A stretch of DNA of 61,967 nt, counting the filler, from Nemertoderma westbladi (lineage: Eukaryota; Animalia; Xenacoelomorpha): NCBI GenBank assembly GCA_032718475.1. It is 2 parts of 2 records of this genome, joined end to end, with 100 filler letters (N's around TTAATTAATTAA, not from the genome) between each part and the next. Parts side by side here need not be neighbours in the genome. Positions count along the whole stretch, not along the records: positions 31,612 to 61,967 come from JAUCBJ010003555.1; 1 more part is not named here. The stretch is one strand, 5' to 3'. Under the pieces are notes generated by a model that saw only the letters and a program-made list of their open reading frames with translations, was not told the origin of the DNA and made no database searches. Position numbers and translations under genes: made by a program. This document shows positions 51,741 through 61,967 of this stretch, piece by piece. Numbering within the stretch: position 1 is the first letter of the stretch; every line of letters starts with the position of its first letter.

Positions 51741-52960
51741 TACCAATAATGCCTTTGTTTTGCTAACTTTTTTTTTTTTTTCCGGAACACCTATGTTATT
51801 TTTTTTTCGAAAATATAAATATTTAATTCAAAGAATGGAATTATTTTGTATTGATTTATTATACATTAAATAGAGATTAAGTATTAGTCTACAGTTACCT
51901 AGAAATAATTAAAATAAAATAATAATTGTATCTAGTTTTTTGTCTCTCCAGTTCTCCAAATACAATATCTTCTCATCATCTCAAGAGTCTGACACCCTCA
52001 CAGTATACTTCACTACGAAATGTTCTGCTTGGACGCATTGTTGAGGTATATTATGCGGTTCCTATCCGTAGGCATCGTGTCGCAGTAGCTTTTCATCACC
52101 TTTCGATCGCCGCACCCCTTAAAATCATTCAGGAAAAAGAGGGGCATAGGTTGGAAGTAAGCCGCGGATCCTCTGCTGGCACGGTGGTATAGGAAAGAGG
52201 ACTACGGTGACCTCGAAGGTAAAGCCCAGTTGTTGGTTTGCTAACTTTTATGTTGGGATTTGAATTTAATTTCTGCACATTTATGTGCTCTGTGGTGACA
52301 ATTGGATACTGTATCTCCACGAGAAAGAGCACACAATTTTAATAGAGAAGGTGTTTTTTTATGATTATTGGACCTACTGGTCAGTTTATAAGACAACTTC
52401 AAGTCTCCGGAACAACGACGGGACTAAGTTGAGGTTTTAAAACTCTCCATTGTCTTTCGTTTAATTAATTAATATTCGAGAATTGAGTAAATAAAACACT
52501 AGAATTATAACGAATTACATTTCAAAATTTCTTACACCTTTGCATTTTGATAATATCTTTGGTAATTTTTGTGAAATGTAAAACGGTTTTCAGATTCGGA
52601 TTCTGCAGATGAAGGCGGTTCTAATGATATCCAGATTACATTCCAAAGACGAAAAATGTAGCCGACGGAGGTGGCTAAAATATTGCGAAATAGATGATTT
52701 TTACCGGGTTCTTGTATCATTGCTCAGAAAATTAAAAATCCGGCTCTGCAAGCGGCAGGAAAAGTTGTCGAACTATCATCATACAAAATTTCGTCGTATT
52801 TTATTGAAATTTTAAAATAATTAGGGGGGGGGGGCTCCGATTTGCTAAAAATGGTTTTTGTAAGGGAGATGGTGCACTGTATAGGCCTGTAGAAATGCAT
52901 AAATTTAAGCTAATAGCTAATAATAATTTTAGCTAATATTCGTTATTTATAATGCAGTAA

Positions 52961-53920
52961 TATCAAGGCCATCGTATTACAATCAAGGCGTACTATATAC
53001 AAGGCCATGTCATCGAGTTAACTGGAAGGGGTGACTGGGGGCAAGATTTTTTTACAACAATTTGATATTTAGATATGGGGAGAGTTAGATAAATTTTCAT
53101 TTGCTGCAATTTGGTCAATGGACGTAATTGAAGCATCCTCGTTAAGTAAGATACAAAATTTTATGTAGGTTTAGTAGTAATTTTGACACTGGTTCCGACA
53201 TCCTACTTCCTTTTATAAATATTTTGTAGTAGCTACTGTAGTTCTTATTACTATTCGTATAGAAAATGTTCCAGAACATGTTAGCTATTAATTTAAAAAA
53301 AAAATGTTCTAGAACAAATATTTTTTGTTCTAGAACATTTTTTATAAAAAATTCTGGATTATATTTAAAACGCATGGAATCGTTCTAAAACGTGTTTAAA
53401 ATCAATAAAAAAATTGTGAAAAAAAATATTGTGAAAAAAAAATTTTGAAAAAAAAATTTTGAAAATGTTTTTATTTTAGAATTTTAAAAATTTTAAACAC
53501 GTTTTAGAACGTTTCTATGCGTTTTAAATAGAATCCAGATTTTTTTCTAAAAAATGTTCTAGAACAAAATATTTTTGTTCTAGAACATAATTTTATTTAA
53601 AATGAATAGCTAACATCTTCTGGAACATATACCAATAGTAATAAGAACTATGTACTACAAAATATTTATAGAAGGAAGTAGGATATCGGAACCAGTGTCG
53701 AAATTACTAGCTAAACCTACCTAAAACACTAGCTACCATAAAATTTTCAAGTTCGTTCGTTGACCATGACCAAATTGCAGCAAATGAAAATTTATAGAAC
53801 TCTCCCCATATCAAAATATCAAATTGTTGTAAAAAAATCTTGCCCCCAGTCAGATGGCATGGCCTTGTATATAGTACGCCTTGATTACAATGGTATTATG
53901 GTATTACGATGGCCTTGGTA
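52961..53920. repeat. ~960-bp imperfect palindrome (foldback/MITE-like)
   Basis: The left arm CAAGGCCATCGTA...GACTGGGGGCAAGATTTTTTTACAACAATTTG is mirrored by ...CTTGCCCCCAGTC...TACGATGGCCTTG. A-rich centre near 53440. Confidence 0.88.
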
Positions 53921-54283
53921 ATATTCGACACTTTTTCAATATTTGGCATGTATATTAGTCAATATCCCGGATTTTAAATTAAAAAAAAAATGTTACCGTA
54001 CTTTTACATTTATTGAATTATAGGCCTACTGTTATCAAATCAAAATCAAATATAGCAACCGTAAAGCAAAATCACTAGCTACAGTACCAATAAAACCGTA
54101 CACGGTAATTATATTAATCATATTTTTTCTCAAAATAGAATGTAGAACAAAGTAGACTAAGTAGAATGTACTCAAAAGTATATTGAATAAATAAAAGTAA
54201 CACAGGATAAAAATTAAACCACTACGCGCTCTTCTGTAGAAGTCCATAAAGTAGAAGAAAAATAGAGTTATCAATCACCCATT

Positions 54284-55672
54284 ATGGATTTTATTCGGCG
54301 GTTTTTAGCATTCATAAGGGGTGATGATGGAGAGTCAACATATGGAGATGTTGAGGAAACAGCAGGACAGAGAGTAAACATACAACGCGTTACAATCAGA
54401 GAAAGGATTCGACAACTTATAACCGGATGTTATGAGAGAGAGAGGGTCGCGAGTGAAACTTCAGATGATGGTTCATCAGATCAGAATCCTGAAAAAGAAG
54501 GCAAAGGTGCAATCTTGTCAGAAATAGGACACGGCTCTGTTATATCGCAGACCCCAGGTTCATTGGGAAGAATTTTACGAGTGATATCGTGCAGGGAAAG
54601 AGACCAGGGGCGATTTCCGAGGCTCGCTAGACCGGATGATTTTCGTCGAGTCAAGTCTATTGGTAATGGACGCCGTTCGGTGGTATTGTATGTTCGCCGA
54701 TTCGGGAAACACTACGCCATGAAGATCATTCCTGTACGCTACTTAACTCCACTGGCGCAGAATCTCTTGTCATCATATAATAATGATAAAAATCCACTGA
54801 GAAACATCAATCACCCATTCATTGTTAAATTACATTTCTTTTTTCAAAACGAGACTCATGCACACTTTATGTTGACCTACGCCAAAGGTGGTCTTCTATT
54901 GAATCATCATTTGGAGAGATTTACTTTCAATGAACATCAAGCTCGGTTCTATGCCGCTGAAATAGCATGCGCTCTTGGATATTTGCATAAAAAGGGAATT
55001 ATTTACAATAAATTAGAACCGCGGAACGTTTTCCTTCATAAAGGAGGCCATATTTTACTGGGCGATTTCGGATATGCAGAAATAGATAGGCACCAAGACG
55101 AATCTACAAGATCAAGCTGGTCTTATTATTCTCCAGAAAAAGTTTCAGGGGGGGAATACTCTATTTCATCAGATTGGTGGTCGCTCGGTGTTCTTATATA
55201 CAAAATGCTATCAGGGACAACCCCATTTGAGTGGTCAATCGAAAAACAAATTGTCTCAAGCCACGCTATACCGGATGCAATTTGCGTGAACGAACCCGAT
55301 TTGGATTATCTTCCGAAGAAGACTTCACCCCTAGCTATAAATATTATAGAGGACTTTTTAATAAAGCCCACGAGTTACAGACTAGGTACGAAGGGAGATT
55401 TGGATGAAGTTAAGGAACACGAGTTCTTTAGACATATCAACTTCGATGAACTTCAACGTAAAGAGATACAACCACCAGTTTTCCTCGATGATATAAAATA
55501 TGATACCGAAAAAGGGCGTAAATACAATAAAAACTGTCAACAAAATATGTCTCTTCTCGATTTTGAAGATGACGATGAAACAGTTTCCCGTGCAACGGAC
55601 CAATATGACAGCATAGAGTTCAGTATAGATCAGCATTTTATTAAATTGTTTTTTAGTACCCATAATTATTAA
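54284..55672 (+). CDS. Intronless SGK-like AGC-family kinase, predicted pseudokinase (462 aa)
   Basis: YAMK, HPFIVKLHFFFQ, ARFYAAEIACALGYLH, DFG, SPE, DWWSLG and AGC tail HEFFRHINFDEL...PP. The catalytic loop reads YNKLEPRN instead of YRDLKPEN. Confidence 0.88.
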   Translation: MDFIRRFLAFIRGDDGESTYGDVEETAGQRVNIQRVTIRERIRQLITGCYERERVASETSDDGSSDQNPEKEGKGAILSEIGHGSVISQTPGSLGRILRVISCRERDQGRFPRLARPDDFRRVKSIGNGRRSVVLYVRRFGKHYAMKIIPVRYLTPLAQNLLSSYNNDKNPLRNINHPFIVKLHFFFQNETHAHFMLTYAKGGLLLNHHLERFTFNEHQARFYAAEIACALGYLHKKGIIYNKLEPRNVFLHKGGHILLGDFGYAEIDRHQDESTRSSWSYYSPEKVSGGEYSISSDWWSLGVLIYKMLSGTTPFEWSIEKQIVSSHAIPDAICVNEPDLDYLPKKTSPLAINIIEDFLIKPTSYRLGTKGDLDEVKEHEFFRHINFDELQRKEIQPPVFLDDIKYDTEKGRKYNKNCQQNMSLLDFEDDDETVSRATDQYDSIEFSIDQHFIKLFFSTHNY

Positions 55673-56505
55673 TATGAACTATTTAGCTAGTGTTCTTTAT
55701 GCAAACAGGTATTTATTACTATTAGGCCTACTGTATATTTGAAAGGTTGCTAGTGTTAATTTGATAGTACAGTTTTGACTGCTTTTTTACATAAATATTA
55801 ATAATAATTATCCACAAAATTAATACAAGTTAATCCAATCGAACTTCAAACAATCAAAAGAGAATTACAATCAATCAAATTGTCTTGCCTCCTAAATTTT
55901 AAGAAACCTATTACGTTCCTAAAATGTCAATGTATGCTGGGGGTTCACCGTTCACGGGTGTGTATCTGTTCGCTTCCTGCAGTAAATAATTTACCTAGTA
56001 GTTTGTTTTAACAATATGTTCACTATACTTTAGATATATATATAATATTTACCCAGCGTAGCAAATAAAGGGCGTTTGGAAAAAAAAAAGTAAAAATATT
56101 GACAACAATTGGGTTCTGTAATAAATATTTCAGAAAATGAATGCTGATCTGTAACTCCTCTGTAGCTCGTACTGTTTACAATACGGATTAAGACAAAGTG
56201 ATAACGATGCGGCATATTAAATCTCAGTTAACGGCGATATTCGAAATATCAGCTTAGCTACAACTAACTGCTATTTATTTAATGTTTGCAAAACGAAAGA
56301 TTAGCAAATAATCACTACTTCTCAAATGGACTATTATTCAGTATCTATCTACTGATCAGTACCCATCATCTATTAGTAGGCCTTCCTATCAGTAGCGGCA
56401 TAATATTGGTAGATTCTGATTACGTTATTTATTTATTTATTAATAATAAGGCAACATGTTTGAGGAGCAGCAGTTGATTTATGTGTTCTAACAGGTTCCA
56501 CCATC

Positions 56506-57153
56506 CAGGGCCGGATTTAAAGTGGTGGGTGGCTCGGGGCCGGGTCAGTGGTGGATGGCTCGGGGCCGGGTCAGTGGTGGATGGCTCGGGGCCGGGTCAG
56601 TGGTGGGGGGGGCTGCGGCCGGGTCAGTGGTGGGTGGCTCGGGGCCGGGTCAGTAGTGGGGGGGCTGCGGCCGGGTCAGTGGTGGGTGGGCTGGGGCCGG
56701 GTCAGTGGTGGGTGGCTCGGGGCCGGGTCAGTGGTGGGTGGGCTGTGGCCGGGTCAGTGGTGGGTAGCCCGGGGCCGGGTCAGTGGTGGGTGGGCTGCGG
56801 CCGGGTCAGTGGAGGGTGGCTCGGGGCCGGGTCAGTAGTGGATGGCTCGGGGCCGGGTCAGTGGTGGGTGGGCTGCGGCCGGGTCAGTGGTGGGTGGGCT
56901 GCGGCCGGGTCAGTGGTGGGTGGCTCGGGGCCGGGTCAGTGGTGGGTGGCTCGGGGCCGGGTCAGTGGTGGGTGGGCTGCGGCCGGGTCAGTGGTGGATG
57001 GCTCGGGGCCGGGTCAGTGGTGGGTGGGCTGCGGCCGGGTCAGTGGTGGGTGGCTCGGGGCCGGGTCAGTGGTGGGTGGCTCGGGGCCGGGTCAGTGGTG
57101 GGTGGGCTGCGGCCGGGTTAGTGGTGGGTGGGCTGCGGCCGGGTCAGTGGTGG
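56506..57153. repeat. G-rich 26-bp minisatellite (~24 copies) starting at a hAT-like terminus
   Basis: CAGGGCCGGATTTA at 56506, followed by units GGTCAGTGGTGGGTGGCTCGGGGCCG and GGTCAGTGGTGGGTGGGCTGCGGCCG. Confidence 0.93.
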
Positions 57154-57330
57154 TATATTTTGGTACTGTTACCGGTACGTTACAGTGCAGTTAGTAGGCT
57201 GGTAGTACAGCATATACATACTTTAGTAGTGTACCTGCCCTGGTTGCCTGTCGTTAGGATATCTGATCTTTATAAGATATTATATATGTTATTTGGTCTA
57301 GATCCTAACATATTTCCTAACGAACATAAT

Positions 57331-60300
57331 ATGGCGCAGTGTGTTACTGACCTACCGCGTTTGAAATCTTCTCGACGTGGATTCAAATCGGCTGTGACCA
57401 AAGCCCGGAACGCTGGTTTGGATGCATTACAAAAATACGAAGCGTTGCTGCCTGACCAACGCTGTAAATCGTTCCCTACTTCACTAGCAACTCGTCTAGC
57501 CGACTGGGATAAAAAGTTTACCAGATTTCAGGATGCGAATATGGCTGTAATATGCCATCCGGATTCGAGTCCAGACGATGACGACAAAGATATTTCCGAT
57601 ATGGAAGATCTTCTTTTGGATGTCCGTGAAAAACTGGCTGAATATGAAGTTTTAGCTAGAGTTTACCAAGATCGTGATACTGCCATAGCAGTTGCTGCAG
57701 CTACTACACCACGAGGAGGTCCCGTCGCTGTGAGTACAGGTAACTCTAGGTCCGTTACCGGTACCGATCTTCCAAAGATTTCTGCACGACGTCCTCCAAC
57801 CCTAGAATCCGATACGGATTTCCGTCGCTTTAAAGAGTGGCGTGCATTATGGAATAATTATTCCAGACTTATGGACTTTCCAGCCCGTTCCCGCGAAACG
57901 CGAGTTGCAGCCTTTTGGGACTGTTGCTCACCAGGGTTTTTATCAATTATACACTGGGCTCTAGAAATTCTTCCTGATACAACACTTGATATCGATATAA
58001 TTCACGAACAAATCCGCGATTACCTCCGATCATTGCGTAATTCAAACCTGGATTGGCGTGTACTCCTCTCCATCCGCCAATCGGACGGCCAGTCATACAC
58101 CTCATTATGTAACGAAATTCAAGAACTCGGAGAATATGCAAATACAAGTATTGTAACCGCCGACCGTCTACATGCAGCATTACTCATATTGGCGATGTCA
58201 GAAGAAGAAGATAAACAAAAACTAATAGAAAAAGATCCCCCGCTAAACTTTAATGATTCTCGTAAGTTTATTGTTGCATTGGAATCGGCCCGTATAGCTA
58301 CTAAGTCATTAGGGCAAAGTCACAGTTCTGGTGTATCTGTTAATGCTGGGAGAACAGAATATAATAAACGTAAAATGAAGTTTAAAGGGGCTGATAATAA
58401 ACCTCCCAAACCGGAACATCCAAAATTTAAGGAGGGTAATAAAGTTAATTATGGCCGTAGGTGTGGCCGATGTGGACAACAACCACACCCACCCAAAAAT
58501 TGTCCAGCTCGCAATGCAAAATGCGTTTCCTGTTCCGGTACAGGACATTATTCTACCGTTTGTCCGTCCAGATTGGTTGCAGCCATTGAATTGTCAGATT
58601 ATAATGAACCAGATCATGAAGACATTGTCAACGATGGTTCTGACTTCTATGACGACGATGAAGACGCGAATTTAGTTATTAGTGTTTTTCATACAATTCC
58701 AACAAAAGGATCAACTAATGATATATTCATATCACCTTTACAGAATTTTCCTCAACCCTTACTTGAAGTGTGTATTACTCCATCTGATGTTTCGGGAAAC
58801 ATATCATCTATGTTTACTATGATGGCAGATACAGGTGCTGGCGTTACCGTTATGGGCATTGAGCCTTATAACTCTTCTGGTTTTGTGAACCACTTCGAAC
58901 TCGGACCCAAGTTAAGATGTCGAATAAAGACAGTTGGAGGTGGTATTCTAGAACAAGCAGGTACGTTTAATGCCACCATTATGGTTAGTGATGTAGTGAC
59001 TAAAACTACAGTAGTTGTTTGTTTTGATGTCATTGGTTGTTACCTCTCTCTCGATGATTGTAAACAATTAAAGATTGTTAGTCCATCATTTCCTCATCCT
59101 GTATCTACTAATACAGATAATCGCAACAATATGTACTTGTCCGGAGTTGACGCAATCACCCAAAGCGATGATTCTGTTGTCGATGCTTTAGTAGCACCAA
59201 TCCCAGCCGAAATTTGGCCAAATCGTGAACAATGGATAGAAAGTTTACCTAAATCCGATTTAACAGTAAACATTAGCAATGAAATCCTCCAGAAACTATA
59301 CTCTATATATTCTATAGTATTCAATGATGTGGAGGGGTTACGCCCAATGACAGGTGGTGTTGTTGGGTCACCAATGACAGTTACACTTAAACCTGACGCA
59401 ATACCTTTTGCAATTCATGCTGCCCGACAAGTGCCATACGCATTGCGGGATAAAGTCAAAGAAAACCTAGACTATATGGTTAAAAGTAAAATTATAGAAC
59501 CTGTAGGCGATATTCCGACACAGTGGTGTCATCCGATTGTTATAACGCCAAAACCCAATGATCCAAATGGCAATATTAGACTTTGTGTAGATTTGACTAA
59601 GTTAAATTCCCAAGTACTGCGGACTTCATATCATACAAAGACCCCAGCCGAAGCTGTGTCTGGCTTTTTACCAACTGATAAGTTTTTTGCTAAACTGGAT
59701 TTCGTAAAAGGGTATTGGCAAATGCCTCTGGATGAGGCTGCTCAAGATCTTACAGTGTTCATAACACCATTTGGTAAATACAAGTTTCTGCGATCTCCAA
59801 TGGGATTTGTCTCAACCGGAGATAGTTATTCATATAGGGGCGACTGTGCTTTAGTTGACCTTAACGTCCAAAAGGTCATTGATGACGTCGGTATAGGTTC
59901 ATCGACCATTCAGGGGATAATTCGCATTGTCTGTGATGTACTCGAGAGATGTGCATATCATAATATTACCGTGAATAAAGCAAAATCAACTCTGTGTGCT
60001 GAAACAATCCATTTTGTTGGATATAATATTTCTCACGGCAGCATTTCGGTAGATGAGAAGAAAGTTAGTGCCATATCCGAATTCCCTATTCCAACTACTC
60101 GATCTAATCTCAGGAGCTTCCTTGGCCTCGTTAACCAGTTAGGGTCTTTTAGTTCCGGTATTGCTGGTGCCGCAGGTCCCCTCCGTGATTTATTGAAAAC
60201 CCGTAATGATTTCATCTGGCTACCAGATCACTCTTCAGCTTTTCAAGCAGTTAAACGTCTTTTGGTATCTCCGCCAGTGTTAGCTATGTTTGACCCATCG

Positions 60301-61967
60301 TATGAAACTGTTCTAGAAACGGATGCCTCTCGCTTGAATGGACTTGGGTTCATTTTATTGCAGAAACAGGAAGGTATTTGGAGGTTAATTCAATGTAGAA
60401 GCCGATTCTTAAGAGACGTCGAGTCTAGATACGCAATGGTAGAACTCGAGGCACTCGCCATTGTATGGGCAATAAAGAAATGCCACGTGTATTTGTCCGG
60501 CCTTCCCAATTTTACAGTGGTAACTGATCACCAACCGTTAGTTTCATTATTTAATAAATATGGGTTGATCGACATAGATAATACACGTGTTCTTAACTAT
60601 CGTTCTAAATTAACAGGATATACATTTAATGTAACGTGGAAAAAAGGTAAAGAACATGCAATACCTGATGCCCTATCTAGGTCGCCTGTTGATAGACCGA
60701 CCAATGATGATGACGAAGAAACGATCATTTCCGAGCAGGCAACTCTCTTTATGAATGTTATAGATAACACGATTAGAAATGTCCCGGATTTGATCCTTGA
60801 GGAGTTACACATGCGCGCTGATAATGACAATGATTATCAACAATTGATATCTGCTATTCTATCTGATTTTAGTGATAATGCTTGCAAATCGACTTATGTC
60901 GCTTCATTCAAAAAATTCAAAGATGAACTCTCTATTCATGGGGGTCTGATACTCCGCGGTCAACAGATAGTAATTCCACCATCTGAGGTGAAAGAGGTTT
61001 TACGTAAATTACATTCCAGTCACCAGGGTATTGAAAGAACAAAGCGTCGTGCACGACAGTGTGTATTTTGGCCAGGATATACTTCAGACATTAAATCTAC
61101 CGTCGAGGCATGCTTTGAATGTCAACGTTGCCAACCATCACTTTCACCCGAGCCAATGATCCAACATGATATCCCGAAGCGTGCATTTGCATCTGTATCA
61201 ACTGACTTTTTCCAATATGACAATAAATATTACATCATTTACGCGGATCGATACACTGGGTATCCTCTTGTTGATAACTTTATTCATACACCATCTGCGA
61301 CAGATACGATCCGAGTATTGAAACGATATTTTTCCACAATGGGAGTTCCTAATGTTTTAACAAGCGATAATGGGCCCCAATTTGCAGCTGAAGAGATGCG
61401 CCATTTCCTTTCTAACTGGGGAGTTACATGGATACCTTCATCTCCACATTACCCCAAAGGAAATGGCCATGCTGAAGTAAATGTTAAGAAAGTAAAATTG
61501 CTGCTACGAAAATCAGGTGGCAATATCTCCAGTGACAACTTTCTATCCGGTCTTCTTGAACTCCGTAATGTTCCCAACGAGGATGGACTATCCCCTTCAC
61601 AAAGGTTATTTGGTCACCCCTTGAGGTCCCTCGTCCCAACACATTGGTCTGCATACTCCTCTGAGTGGCAGAAGGATACCGAATCCGCCAATCAAGATAG
61701 ACTTAATACGGCGGCAAAACGAAAGTTCTACTATGATCGGTCTGCAATTTCTCTTGTACCTATAAAAACTGGCACGAAAGTTATAGTCCAGAATGTCCTT
61801 TCAAAACGATGGGATCGATTGGCCACGGTCCTCACTACATCAAACCATCGGCGTTACCGTCTCCGATTTCCATCTGGGAGAGTCTTGTGGAGAAATCGCC
61901 TTCATATCCGACCCATACAACAGGAGTTGCTGGAAGATGAAGACGATCATATGCAAGACCTGAGAGT
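57331..61967 (+). mobile_element. Ty3/Gypsy (Mag-like) LTR retrotransposon, single gag-pol ORF open to the window end (at least 1545 codons)
   Basis: One frame from ATG 57331: tandem CCHC knuckles (CGRCGQQPHPPKNC, CVSCSGTGHYSTVC), protease ADTGA, RT IRLCVDL/KLDFVKGYWQ/KVIDD, RNase H TDAS/ELEALA/TDHQPL/DALSR, integrase HSSHQG..CFEC/TDFF/SDNGPQF/NGHAE. It is missing from the ORF track, consistent with no stop before the edge. No 5' LTR was identified. Confidence 0.93.

Noticed and set aside
51940-52330. Possible decayed transposase C-terminus on the minus strand
   Set aside because: Too degenerate; no motif could be read with confidence.
56481-57194. Gly/Trp-rich ORFs
   Set aside because: They are translations of the 26-bp minisatellite in all frames.

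Overview
This is AT-rich, transposon-dense eukaryotic DNA, most likely from an invertebrate animal. It has spliceosomal GT-AG introns and no prokaryotic features. A 100-bp artificial spacer (N44-TTAATTAATTAA-N44, 31512-31611) splits the window, so contiguity across it is unproven. Three host genes can be read. (1) A minus-strand spliced flavoprotein (FAD-monooxygenase-like) gene with three phase-compatible exons at 5485-3455. (2) A minus-strand CAP/SCP-domain gene: exon 1 (50703-50611) and exon 2 (32099-31982) are separated by an ~18.5-kb intron almost filled by a 17.6-kb array of a palindromic 23-bp satellite. (3) An intronless SGK-like AGC kinase ORF that lacks the catalytic HRD aspartate. 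Mobile elements include a full-length two-ORF CR1-clade LINE flanked by an 85-bp perfect direct repeat, a CRE-clade non-LTR element cut by the gap, and an uninterrupted Ty3/Gypsy (Mag-like) gag-pol running off the right edge. There is also a BEL/Pao fragment, several RTE fragments, a non-autonomous piggyBac, a tRNA-derived SINE-like element and a nested stack of Helentron/DINE-like, hAT-foldback and MULE-like elements. Family assignments come from motifs recognised by eye; no database search was run.
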